A stretch of 64,000 nucleotides of DNA from IMG/VR virus record IMGVR_UViG_2925307165_000003, positions 6,264 to 70,263 of that record; one strand, given 5' to 3'. Positions 10,027-18,841 of the stretch are shown piece by piece. Below the pieces are notes generated by a model. That model did not search any database. It worked only from the letters and a program-made list of their open reading frames with translations, and had not been told where the DNA came from. Position 1 is the stretch's first letter; every line of letters begins with the position of its first letter. The position numbers and the translations under genes were made by a program. This DNA is from a virus (Duplodnaviria > Caudoviricetes).

Positions 10027-10544
10027 GCAAATATAATGCAATGAAAGTTATTGTCACTCCGGACGGAACGCTGTTCGAAGCGGCGCTTGTTACAAAGTAC
10101 AACCTTAAAATTAATGGCATCAAGTTTGACAGTAAAATGGAAGGTGAGTATTACCAATACTTACTACAGTTAAAGAAAATAGGATTAATCAAAGATTTTA
10201 GTACCCAACCCAAGTACGTACTCCAAGAAAAACCTAAGATCACATATATAGCAGACTTTTTGGTTACTGACTTGGATGGATCGGAACGAGTGATTGACAT
10301 TAAGGGTGCTGAAACGGCGGTGTTCCGTACAAAACTGAAACTCTTTCAAGCTAATTATCCTACTTTGCGCATCGAAATACTTACAAAGAAACGTGGAGAA
10401 TTTGTTCCACTGGATCAAGTCAAAAAAGAAAAGGCTGCCCGGAAACGGGCTGCTAATAAAATAATCAAAAAGGCAGAAGGGAAGATGAAATATGAGCGTG
10501 CCAGTTACCCCAATGGACGTAGTACTCGCAAGCCAAGATATTGA
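10023..10544 (+). CDS. DUF1064-like PD-(D/E)XK nuclease
   Basis: SKYNA, GIKFDSKMEGEYY, ITYIADF, VIDIKG. Confidence 0.82.
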   Translation: MSKYNAMKVIVTPDGTLFEAALVTKYNLKINGIKFDSKMEGEYYQYLLQLKKIGLIKDFSTQPKYVLQEKPKITYIADFLVTDLDGSERVIDIKGAETAVFRTKLKLFQANYPTLRIEILTKKRGEFVPLDQVKKEKAARKRAANKIIKKAEGKMKYERASYPNGRSTRKPRY

Positions 10545-10683
10545 AAGATATTTGGATGAACATGATAAAGGCGAGTTGTCACGGATTATTTGGAAAGTAG
10601 AACAGTTAAAGGCTGCTGAGAATGATCCAAACCAATTAACTGCTATGCTAGCAGAAAATGCGTTGTTTGTAGCAACGGAGTGA
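10492..10683 (+). CDS. Hypothetical protein
   Basis: 63-aa ORF with SD-like sequence. Confidence 0.55.
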   Translation: MSVPVTPMDVVLASQDIERYLDEHDKGELSRIIWKVEQLKAAENDPNQLTAMLAENALFVATE

Positions 10684-10751
10684 TTAACGGAGGGCGGTAA
10701 GCACCTAGACAAGGTGATTGAGAAAAAATAATTGTGAGGTGGACAACAAAA

Positions 10752-11129
10752 ATGACCGCTGAAGAAATCATTAGAATGACTCCAGGTAAAGAACTGGATG
10801 ATCTGGTCATAGTAGTAGGTTTAGATGATGGATTTTCTCCTTCAACAAATATGAATGATGCTTGGATATTAAGAGGTCATTTCATAGATCAATTTGGTGG
10901 TGGATTCGAAAACGTTAGATATTGTGATGATTTTCCTGAACACTGTTGCTGGGATAATGATGGAAAGAAGGTCCTTGTATGGGCAAAGACAGGCGCAGAG
11001 GCAATAACGAAGGTAGTAGCATTAGCAGTTCGGGATCTATATGGAGATTTTCATCCGTGGGTATTGTTCCCTGAACTACAAGGGCGGTTCATAGAAAATC
11101 TCAAGCAAAACACAACGTTGTTCAAATAA
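10752..11129 (+). CDS. BC1872/phage ABA-sandwich-like protein
   Basis: MTAEEIIRMTPGKELD...FSPSTNMNDAW; paralogous to 14862 and 17176. Confidence 0.6.
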   Translation: MTAEEIIRMTPGKELDDLVIVVGLDDGFSPSTNMNDAWILRGHFIDQFGGGFENVRYCDDFPEHCCWDNDGKKVLVWAKTGAEAITKVVALAVRDLYGDFHPWVLFPELQGRFIENLKQNTTLFK

Positions 11130-11149
11130 ACAAAAGGAGCATAGAGGAT

Positions 11150-11371
11150 TTATTCCTCTTGCTCCACCTTCAACTCTATCAATTCTTTTATGTCTTTCAA
11201 TTCAAGAACCTCAGCTATTTTCTCAAGATGTTCACGGTTAATTGAGGTTCGCATGTTATTGCATATTTCACTTATAGCAGCTCTGCGAATACCCGTTTTC
11301 TCAGCAAGTTGCTTTTGCGTCCAACCTCGATCATCAATGAGTGTTTGTACATTAAGAATTATTGAAACCAT
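11150..11371 (-). CDS. XRE-family HTH regulator
   Basis: RGWTQKQLAEKTGIRRAAISEI; SD GGAGGTG at 11381-11387 supports start 11371. Confidence 0.88.
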   Translation of the reverse strand: MVSIILNVQTLIDDRGWTQKQLAEKTGIRRAAISEICNNMRTSINREHLEKIAEVLELKDIKELIELKVEQEE

Positions 11372-11417
11372 GCGTTCTTCCACCTCCAGTGAGTAGATTC
11401 TATCACAAGAATTATAA

Positions 11418-11498
11418 TTCCGCAATTTCGTAATTATGGTGTTGACGATACGAAATAACGGAATTATAATGAAGACATAAATACGATATAACGAAATA
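11418..11498 (+). promoter_or_regulatory. Sigma-A promoter overlapped by three operator-like repeats
   Basis: TTGACG 11442-11447, 17 bp, TATAAT 11465-11470; TACGAAATAACGGAAT, TACGATATAACGAAAT and one inverted copy. Confidence 0.75.
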
Positions 11499-11522
11499 TA
11501 GTAATTTTTATATATCGGAGGC

Positions 11523-11732
11523 ATGATTATGGATCTAATCGCTCGACTTGAAGCCTATGTAAAGGAAGAGATACAGCCCAAGTACACATACCCTATTGGG
11601 CTAGTGCATACAAAGGCGTTCGAAGAAGCAGGGAAAGGTCGATTGTATATTTGGATTGATAAGGGCGTGACATTTGATCACAAGTTCATTGACTTGCCAG
11701 AGAAACTATATACTTCAGGAAAAATTTCCTGA
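11523..11732 (+). CDS. Hypothetical protein
   Basis: GGAGG SD, downstream of promoter. Confidence 0.65.
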   Translation: MIMDLIARLEAYVKEEIQPKYTYPIGLVHTKAFEEAGKGRLYIWIDKGVTFDHKFIDLPEKLYTSGKIS

Positions 11733-11752
11733 CCATGTGAATGGAGGGCCTT

Positions 11753-11926
11753 ATGCCTGAGAAAACGATTAACCTTGCTGAACTGGACAATGAGCCACAA
11801 GAGATCAGAGAAGCTATCGCATTTTATGCAGCACATACCGTATTGCCAATACACTTCACCGCTGATGAGAGAGAACGCCATTATGCAACTCTCGAACAGG
11901 CTGGTTACTTGGAGCGAATCTCATAA
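11753..11926 (+). CDS. Hypothetical protein
   Basis: GGAGG SD before ATG 11753. Confidence 0.6.
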   Translation: MPEKTINLAELDNEPQEIREAIAFYAAHTVLPIHFTADERERHYATLEQAGYLERIS

Positions 11927-11986
11927 ACCGTAGTAAAAGTGCATCTTTCTAGTTCTAAATTGAATTACAAGAGGTGTTAAAGAGCA

Positions 11987-12661
11987 ATGGCCCATCAGAC
12001 ATTCTGGAAGCCCGAAAAGAAGGTTAAAGAGAAAAAGACATATAAAAGTTTGCAATCAAATAAACCGAAGGCTAAAAAGGAAGTCCCAGAATGGAAGAAG
12101 GATATCCTTGCTCACCACAAACCAGGACAGAGTTCGAAGGATCGGTGTGACTTTACTAAGGCAGTAATTGATGAACTCATTGCAGAACAAGGTGAAATAT
12201 GCCCGTGCTGCAAGACAGCGGCATCAAATACCACTCACCATGTATGGCCTAGAGGCCGGAAGGGTCGAGGCGTAAAAACAAATGGGCTCAGGGTTTGCTG
12301 GCCTTGTCACGATAAGATCCAAACGAATGACGAACTCCTTCAATATTGGATTTCAGTATATCGTGAGAAATATGGTGATCACTTCTGGTTTGACGAAAAG
12401 GACTGGGAGGAATTTAACCATAAACAAAATGTTCTGCAACAGAAAGAACGTGAGAAACAAGAACGTCAGAATCAGATTAAGCCAGTTGTTGACTTGCTCA
12501 GCACTGCAGCTGGGCGAAGCCTCAAGGCAAAGGAACTGCAATTACTGCAATCCTTTGAAGAAAAGGATATGGCAGTATTCGCCACACTAATGGCTGACGT
12601 ATTCGGCAGACCATTGGAAGAACCTAAGGTTTACAGCTATGGTGAACGTTTTGAAGATTAG
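11987..12661 (+). CDS. HNH endonuclease-domain protein
   Basis: CPCC...THHVWPRGRKGRG...NGLRVCWPCH. Confidence 0.82.
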   Translation: MAHQTFWKPEKKVKEKKTYKSLQSNKPKAKKEVPEWKKDILAHHKPGQSSKDRCDFTKAVIDELIAEQGEICPCCKTAASNTTHHVWPRGRKGRGVKTNGLRVCWPCHDKIQTNDELLQYWISVYREKYGDHFWFDEKDWEEFNHKQNVLQQKEREKQERQNQIKPVVDLLSTAAGRSLKAKELQLLQSFEEKDMAVFATLMADVFGRPLEEPKVYSYGERFED

Positions 12662-12672
12662 GAGGATTAAAT

Positions 12673-13266
12673 ATGGGAAGGCAAGCCATTGTTCAATCGC
12701 GGATCAGAGATAGTCACCCCTTACTTGGTACCAAGGAACAATGCGTAAAAGATCATCGCAAGTTAGTCTTGAAAATTGCCAATCATTACCACTGCAAAAC
12801 TTTCAGAACTGTAGATATTGAGGATCTAATTAGTGAAGGGAACTATGCATTATTAATGGCTTATGATAGGTTCGACGAGAAATCAGGATTGAAATTTTCA
12901 ACATTTGCTTATCCCTACATTCAAGGGTTCATCATTAGATATTTGGAAAGTAAGGTAAATGCAATAAGGACGCCATCGCATAGTAAAGTACCACCTAAGC
13001 TAGTGTTGTCATTAGATAGTAAGATAAAAGGATCAGACAATGATGATTTAGATTTTTCTAATCTTGTACCTACAAAACAAGACCTAAGTTTCATTGAGAT
13101 TGAGGAATTCATCAATACCTTGAAAGAAACTGAAAGAACTATAGTTAACATGACAATGGATGGATACAGCAATGGCGAAACAGCCGCAGCGCTAAAAATA
13201 TGCAGAAATACGGTTTCCAACATAAAGTTTAGAATTAGGAAAAAGTATCTCTTATATGTATCCTAA
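12673..13266 (+). CDS. Phage-encoded sigma-70 family sigma factor
   Basis: Region 2 EDLISEG..AL..AYDRFD..SG.KFSTFAYPYI.G; region 4 HTH. Confidence 0.9.
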   Translation: MGRQAIVQSRIRDSHPLLGTKEQCVKDHRKLVLKIANHYHCKTFRTVDIEDLISEGNYALLMAYDRFDEKSGLKFSTFAYPYIQGFIIRYLESKVNAIRTPSHSKVPPKLVLSLDSKIKGSDNDDLDFSNLVPTKQDLSFIEIEEFINTLKETERTIVNMTMDGYSNGETAAALKICRNTVSNIKFRIRKKYLLYVS

Positions 13267-13525
13267 TAATTCATATAACAACGTGATACTTGTATTTGTA
13301 GAAAACTTGATCCTACGTGGAGACAGTAAGTTGAGAGGAGGTAACTCATGAAAGTCCAGAATATTTACATCGCTCTGAGAAGTAGGCGGAAAATATTTAG
13401 CAGTATTGCTAAATATATGTTGAGTATATATTGCCTGAACATTTTTATTAATTCCATGACCTAATAAAGTTTCATAAGTATTAAAAAAATCCGGTGATGT
13501 CACCGGACAAAAATAAATTTTGAAG

Positions 13526-14026
13526 CTATGAGATGACCCACGTATTTGGTTCATTAAAAGAGAAATATTGGAAAACAGGAGGGGGCGGAAAGGGACCGGG
13601 ACCGGGAGTCGGAGTACTAGGAGGCCAAGTAAATGCTTGATATAGCATGTAAGGTAACGGTGGGTTTGGAGGATTTGGAGTACCGGCATCAAACACTTGC
13701 GCTATCCATATCAAATAAGGTGTAAATGGTCCCGTTATTGTTGGACCATAAATTATAGTTGACCATGTGTTTTTGTACGCTTTTATCAAAACTGCACCAG
13801 GAGGAACAGGTAAAGAACGGGATTTTGGATTGGTTAAATTTTGTATCCTCCCATGAGCAATGTCTACAGCTTGTTGCATTTGTGATTGGGCTTCAGCCGG
13901 AGGAAGGCTCTTGAGATTATTCCACCAATTGATTTGATCTTGATTTGGATAATTTGCTGGACCAAAAAAGTGCTCTGTTTGTTTTGGCGAAAAAAAGGAC
14001 TCATTTGAGCCGATATTAGCATTCAT
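13526..14026 (-). CDS. Proline-rich hypothetical protein (opposite-strand accessory gene)
   Basis: SD AGAGGAG upstream; 166 aa with Pro-rich C-half. Confidence 0.65.
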   Translation of the reverse strand: MNANIGSNESFFSPKQTEHFFGPANYPNQDQINWWNNLKSLPPAEAQSQMQQAVDIAHGRIQNLTNPKSRSLPVPPGAVLIKAYKNTWSTIIYGPTITGPFTPYLIWIAQVFDAGTPNPPNPPLPYMLYQAFTWPPSTPTPGPGPFPPPPVFQYFSFNEPNTWVIS

Positions 14027-14305
14027 CCTATCGCTCCTCTTCTACAATTTCTAAATGAACTATTTAGTGAAAGTATATGCTCATGATACTAGTCTCAATT
14101 TCTTTTATTACAAATAAATTTTGAGGGGGTTCTAAATAATGAAGTTAGGATGATTACTCGAAAGAATACGGAACTTTTGGTTAATTTTAATTTGTATATC
14201 AATTAGAGATGTGGAAGTTGCAAATTGTTCAATCTCACAAATGACTCGCTAAGTATGGGAGATAGTGTCTTATTAATTCGCCTAACAATGAAGGAGAGAT
14301 CTAAA

Positions 14306-14443
14306 GTGACTGAAGAAAAACGGAAACCATGTACACGCTGTGGACTCGATTATGGCTTCATAACGGATTGTAGGGAAGATGGTACAGAGTATGAATTCTG
14401 CCATAATTGCGGCATTCCTGTTGAGGAAGGTGAAGGAGCATGA
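14306..14443 (+). CDS. Small zinc-ribbon protein
   Basis: CTRC...CHNC; SD AAGGAG before GTG. Confidence 0.6.
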   Translation: MTEEKRKPCTRCGLDYGFITDCREDGTEYEFCHNCGIPVEEGEGA

Positions 14444-14865
14444 CACCAGAATGGATAGAAGAGAAGAAGCTTAAAAAGGGTGAGCGTGTCGTAATGCACA
14501 CTTGCATTGAATCCGAGGAAGAACCAGGAAAGATATGGACGTGTAAGTCAGATCAGTTTACGCGAGGGAAGGGAGTATTTGCACAGGATTCTGTATTCCT
14601 CGAAGGGTACAGTGGATCATTTGCGCCTGAATTTCTACAAAAGGTCGCTTTGCCTTCAGAGGATGAACGTGTGCTGGCTGCTCTAGAAGAGTCAGAGCAA
14701 CAAAACAATGTGTGGCAAGTTGAAGCAAATCAATGGCTGAATGATTTGGTGGAAAAGACTGTCGAACTGGCAGAGGCACAGCAGATCATAGCCCGACAAC
14801 AGAAAAAGATTGAATGGTTTGAAAACAACTATATGGGATTTGTGGATGGGGAGGGTAAGGCATGA
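14440..14865 (+). CDS. Hypothetical phage protein
   Basis: ATGA-coupled ORF. Confidence 0.7.
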   Translation: MTPEWIEEKKLKKGERVVMHTCIESEEEPGKIWTCKSDQFTRGKGVFAQDSVFLEGYSGSFAPEFLQKVALPSEDERVLAALEESEQQNNVWQVEANQWLNDLVEKTVELAEAQQIIARQQKKIEWFENNYMGFVDGEGKA

Positions 14866-15254
14866 CACAGGTAAAGGATATGATCGATGAAAAATTAGAC
14901 TTTGCTCTTGCTGAGCAACTGGGATGGGTAAACGCATGGGATGGAATAAGGCTCTTGTGGCTTGATGGGAAAACAAATGAGTTTCGCCGCAAAGTTACAG
15001 ACTGGCATCCTTCAACTGATCCTGCTGCCAGCCTAGAGGTACAGGCAAAGGCTATAGAGGTAGATGCCAAGCAATATGCTATTAACCTTGCAAGTAGATT
15101 GAAATGGGACGGGGATGGCGATGAACTAAGTTACAGCGACAATGATCTTTTTTCCTACACCGGAGTAACTGTATTTCTCAACGCCAGCCCCCGAGAGAGG
15201 GCAGAGGCGGCATATATCACGCTACAGGGGGCGAAAGAGAATGAGCAAGCTTAA
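14862..15254 (+). CDS. BC1872/phage ABA-sandwich-like protein
   Basis: LDFALAEQLGW...WHPSTDPAASLEV...ASPRERAEAAY. Confidence 0.6.
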   Translation: MTQVKDMIDEKLDFALAEQLGWVNAWDGIRLLWLDGKTNEFRRKVTDWHPSTDPAASLEVQAKAIEVDAKQYAINLASRLKWDGDGDELSYSDNDLFSYTGVTVFLNASPRERAEAAYITLQGAKENEQA

Positions 15255-15480
15255 CAGAGTTGAAAAATTGATTGCTAAAACGAGAGGTGAAGGCCTCGTA
15301 CCTCAACGGATACTAATGAGTATGTCATTTGCAACTGCGCTGAAGAATGAACTTATACCGGAAATCGATAAATATTTTATAAATGGTCGGATGGAAGTCG
15401 ATGGTGTGCCGTGGGAGATTGAGAAAATCAGAGGTTTTAGGGTTGAGTACTTGCCGCAGGCCACCAATTCGACTGAATAA
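15241..15480 (+). CDS. Hypothetical protein
   Basis: Overlap-coupled ORF with SD. Confidence 0.6.
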   Translation: MSKLNRVEKLIAKTRGEGLVPQRILMSMSFATALKNELIPEIDKYFINGRMEVDGVPWEIEKIRGFRVEYLPQATNSTE

Positions 15481-15543
15481 CCCAGCCTTTAGGCGGGGGC
15501 CGAACCAGATCATTAAGGGAGTAGGAGTATCCCTCCTCTCCCA
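15479..15543 (+). repeat. 65-bp direct repeat, copy 1
   Basis: AACCCAGCCTTTAGGCGGGGGCCGAACCAGATCATTAAGGGAGTAGGAGTATCCCTCCTCTCCCA, identical to 16226-16290. Confidence 0.92.
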
Positions 15544-15572
15544 AAGGCAGAGTAGACGCAAACTGTGAAGGA

Positions 15573-15761
15573 GTGAGGTCATTGAGTAAAAGAGTTATTT
15601 ATTTGGAAGATAACATGATTAATGCACATGATAACGTAATTTTTGAAGCAGACATTCCTTATGAAGTCACAGGCAATGCAATTATTAACGAGGATGGTTT
15701 AGATGTGCTTATACATGATATTTGGGTGGACTTTCGTTTAGTGCATCAACAAATTAGATAG
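15573..15761 (+). CDS. Hypothetical protein
   Basis: ORF with AAGGAG SD. Confidence 0.55.
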   Translation: MRSLSKRVIYLEDNMINAHDNVIFEADIPYEVTGNAIINEDGLDVLIHDIWVDFRLVHQQIR

Positions 15762-15812
15762 TGTCGCAGTTTGAAGATATGGCAGTATATCCACTACAGG
15801 GGGCGAAAGGGA

Positions 15813-16199
15813 ATGAGTAAAGCAATTTTAACATCTGAAGGCAAAGAAAGGTTAAAGCTCGAACTCAACAACATCATAACGAAACAACTTCCGGAAGCAG
15901 AAGAATGGGTGCGGATTGCCCAGCGGCATGATGCTAATATCCAAGAAGCTACTGAAATCAGAGATTTCTATAAATCCAGAATTCCATATTTAGAAAATAT
16001 TATCGCTACTGCAACTGTAATGTATGGACAAACAATTTCAATCGGACAGGATCAAGCCAAGAAGCTTGGTGAAGTTATGGAGATGATCTCAGATTCAGGA
16101 GTAGATTCCATCACACGAAATGAAGCAGCCGAGCATTGCATTGATTGGGTGTGGGGTATGGTGAAAAAGAACGGTATGAAGATCAGACCTAAATCATAG
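15813..16199 (+). CDS. GreA N-terminal-domain-like protein
   Basis: LTSEGKERLKLEL...PE..E....A...RIPYLENIIATA resembles the GreA/GreB N-terminal coiled coil. Confidence 0.65.
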   Translation: MSKAILTSEGKERLKLELNNIITKQLPEAEEWVRIAQRHDANIQEATEIRDFYKSRIPYLENIIATATVMYGQTISIGQDQAKKLGEVMEMISDSGVDSITRNEAAEHCIDWVWGMVKKNGMKIRPKS

Positions 16200-16225
16200 G
16201 CCGTAGGCCATCGTCCGACAGCATA

Positions 16226-16290
16226 AACCCAGCCTTTAGGCGGGGGCCGAACCAGATCATTAAGGGAGTAGGAGTATCCCTCCTCTCCCA
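16226..16290 (+). repeat. 65-bp direct repeat, copy 2
   Basis: Identical to 15479-15543. Confidence 0.92.
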
Positions 16291-16306
16291 CAAGGAGGAT
16301 ATAACA

Positions 16307-16624
16307 ATGGAATTTCTTCAGAAGGTCAGGGTTAAGAAATTTGCTCGGACAGTAAAGACATTCGGTCAAAATCCATGGATACCGAATAGCAAGGACTTGT
16401 ACCGGAAAGTGGACACTTACCCAAATGATCGGCGGGATATTGTTTACACAATTATCGGCACAACTCAATTGCAAGAAGGGTATAGCAATTATCTCGGATC
16501 AGACGAGGGTTACGGCTGGGCTCAGCGTAATTCCGTAAAAGTGTACATCGTTGCTCATGGATTGGGGCGCAGATATAAAGTGATTCCGGAAGATCTGGAG
16601 CCGGTAGGGGAGGAAGCCCAATGA
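16307..16624 (+). CDS. Hypothetical phage protein
   Basis: AAGGAGG SD. Confidence 0.7.
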   Translation: MEFLQKVRVKKFARTVKTFGQNPWIPNSKDLYRKVDTYPNDRRDIVYTIIGTTQLQEGYSNYLGSDEGYGWAQRNSVKVYIVAHGLGRRYKVIPEDLEPVGEEAQ

Positions 16625-17019
16625 CACAAAGGGACTGGCAAAAGGATATGGACTTGGTTCAGGGCACAATTAAGCACGATGCATTTCCTGCTTGGACAGA
16701 ACCGATGCTTTACTGGCTTCAAGAAGCCAAAGAGCGTGGAGAACGGGAACAAGAGATTAAACGGGCAATCGGTAGATGTTTGGTGGCAGGTAATTCACTT
16801 GGCAGCATTATCATGAATTATAACTTGCCAGAAGGTCATGAAGAATGGTCATTCCAAGAAGCAAACTCATATTTCTTCGGTAAATTCTACAATGATCGTC
16901 CATCTGCTTACGAGAGTTACGAAACGTGGATTGCGTGGAAGGCGATCATGGGTGCATCAGAAATTATGTCCACCCTTTACCCAGATACCCCAGCTCCCAA
17001 GGAGGGCAGCTATGATTAA
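16621..17019 (+). CDS. Hypothetical phage protein
   Basis: ATGA-coupled, SD present. Confidence 0.7.
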   Translation: MTQRDWQKDMDLVQGTIKHDAFPAWTEPMLYWLQEAKERGEREQEIKRAIGRCLVAGNSLGSIIMNYNLPEGHEEWSFQEANSYFFGKFYNDRPSAYESYETWIAWKAIMGASEIMSTLYPDTPAPKEGSYD

Positions 17020-17179
17020 ACGGTTCATCCGCCGGCAGATTATTCGATACATCCGAAAAAACTTTGGTTCCTTTGAACAGGACTCAATCCATGTGGTGAT
17101 TATGAGCAAGCAGGGTTTTCGGTTCTTTCGGAACAATGTAAATCAATATTTGAAGGTTGAGGAAGGAGATAACCAATGA
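17012..17179 (+). CDS. Small basic hypothetical protein
   Basis: AAGGAGG SD before ATG 17012. Confidence 0.6.
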   Translation: MIKRFIRRQIIRYIRKNFGSFEQDSIHVVIMSKQGFRFFRNNVNQYLKVEEGDNQ

Positions 17180-17592
17180 CACTCACAAGGGAAGAGATAC
17201 TGGCGATGGAGCCGACAGAACTTGGTCCAGCGGTAGCAGAACATATATTTCAGGCGAAAGTGATCGGTAAGGAAAACTTTCCTGAGCTTAGCCTGCTGAT
17301 CGGTTGGTTTGGATATGAAGCATGGAAGCCAATGAAGGGCACATGGCACAATGCAGAATGGAGAAATTCGGAGGAAAAGGCTTGGCTGGATTGTCCGCGG
17401 TTCGGTGAAGACATATCCGAGGCATGGGAAGTGGAAGAAAGAATCAAAGAAATGGCGATTGATGCACCCCTGTACATCGGATATTACATGACAGAGCTGC
17501 AATTGATTGTTGGTAATAAAGGATTTGATATGGTACATGCCACTCCAGAACAGCGCTGCAAGGCTGCCCTATTAGCAGTACTTGGATTATAA
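17176..17592 (+). CDS. BC1872/phage ABA-sandwich-like protein
   Basis: LTREEILAMEPTEL...DISEAWEVEERI...ATPEQRCKAALLAV. Confidence 0.68.
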   Translation: MTLTREEILAMEPTELGPAVAEHIFQAKVIGKENFPELSLLIGWFGYEAWKPMKGTWHNAEWRNSEEKAWLDCPRFGEDISEAWEVEERIKEMAIDAPLYIGYYMTELQLIVGNKGFDMVHATPEQRCKAALLAVLGL

Positions 17593-17678
17593 CGGCCGTT
17601 AGGCCTCCGATTCGACCGCATTACTTAGCGACAGCGGAGGCCGCAGGGCTGGATGAACTTATAAGGGGGCTGAGACAC

Positions 17679-17861
17679 ATGTCTAAGCATGACATTGTAT
17701 ACGTTTTGATTAACACGCTGCATGGAAAAGTAGAAATGGCAACGCAAAACGATTCTGAGGCATGGGCATTTTATCGGGATATGAAGGGAATTCGTATACA
17801 AGTGTTCATGAACATGAATCTGATTGCAAGTATAGAGCCTGCAGTATCAGCACTGGATTAA
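17679..17861 (+). CDS. Hypothetical protein
   Basis: AAGGGGG SD. Confidence 0.6.
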   Translation: MSKHDIVYVLINTLHGKVEMATQNDSEAWAFYRDMKGIRIQVFMNMNLIASIEPAVSALD

Positions 17862-17901
17862 TTTAGGGGGCTGAGACCCCAATCAAAGGAGACGATACAC
17901 G

Positions 17902-18099
17902 ATGGAAATAATGTTCGAAGAAACAGTTCAGGTAGACCAATGCCAATGTGTATATTGCGGTCATAAGTTTGGAGGGCGCAGAGCCTGCAACGCTGATATG
18001 GATTGTAGAACGGTCGAATGCCCTAAGTGTGAGAAGGAAATGAACGTATTAATATCCGTGGAATATACGTGTTCGCCATTGGAAGATTCAGAGGTCTAA
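17902..18099 (+). CDS. Small zinc-ribbon protein
   Basis: CVYC...CPKC. Confidence 0.65.
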   Translation: MEIMFEETVQVDQCQCVYCGHKFGGRRACNADMDCRTVECPKCEKEMNVLISVEYTCSPLEDSEV

Positions 18100-18114
18100 G
18101 GGGGAAAAGAGGAT

Positions 18115-18453
18115 ATGAGCAAAATCATCGTTAAATATGTCACGAAAAGAGCTTATTGCACATGCTGCAAGCAAAAACTTCCGCAGATTGAAACCAGTAA
18201 AGAAAAACAGTTCACAATCAGAAAAGAGGACGTAACCGACTGGGCAGAACAAGAAAGTTGGCAGAGTGCATCTGATAGTTCTGGCGAACTTTACGAGATG
18301 GTTAGAGAATTTACGAATGAAATTATAAGTTTCCATGCGGTTGATATGACCGACCGTGTTGTCATTGGAAAAACGGAACTGGATAGAGTGAATGAGTTTA
18401 TTACACGAGAAGTTTTGTCTTCGGCCGTCAGGTCATCGAATCAGACCGAATAA
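18115..18453 (+). CDS. Hypothetical protein
   Basis: SD; CTCC motif. Confidence 0.65.
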   Translation: MSKIIVKYVTKRAYCTCCKQKLPQIETSKEKQFTIRKEDVTDWAEQESWQSASDSSGELYEMVREFTNEIISFHAVDMTDRVVIGKTELDRVNEFITREVLSSAVRSSNQTE

Positions 18454-18520
18454 TCCCAGTGATAACGGGGGCCGGAGGAGATTTATCCCTTCTGCTCCCC
18501 ATAAAGAGAGGAACAAGACA

Positions 18521-18634
18521 ATGTTCTGGAAATATTTCAAAGAAGAGTTCAAGAAAAACGGTCGAGAGTTGATTATTCCGAGCATCATACTGGCCGGAGC
18601 GATAGTTGGCATCTGTATCGCGAAATATTGGTGA
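18521..18634 (+). CDS. Small single-TM protein
   Basis: GAGAGG SD; hydrophobic C-terminus. Confidence 0.55.
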   Translation: MFWKYFKEEFKKNGRELIIPSIILAGAIVGICIAKYW

Positions 18635-18651
18635 GAGAGGAACAAGACACT

Positions 18652-18828
18652 ATGAGCGAAGAAAGATTTGAGGTTAAGCCTTACGGAGTTCGTTACAGAT
18701 GTGAATGCGGCGGAGAAATGAAACCTTCCAGTCACATACTCATGAGCATTCCTCCGCAGTATCCACACGAATGCAATAAATGCAAAGCTGTAGTCAATTT
18801 GACTAAACGTTACCCTACAGTCGAATGA
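18652..18828 (+). CDS. Small zinc-ribbon protein
   Basis: CECGG...PPQYPHECNKC. Confidence 0.65.
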   Translation: MSEERFEVKPYGVRYRCECGGEMKPSSHILMSIPPQYPHECNKCKAVVNLTKRYPTVE

Positions 18829-18841
18829 GAGGAAACAGACA

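Noticed and set aside
13252-13692. Minus-strand 146-aa ORF
   Set aside because: Overlaps the better-supported 13526-14026 gene in another frame with no SD; its 3' part could be a remnant but is unsupported
15453-18500. CRISPR array or known self-cleaving ribozyme
   Set aside because: Repeats are separated by whole genes, not 30-40 bp spacers; no cas genes; I could not fit hammerhead, pistol, twister or HDV consensus by eye
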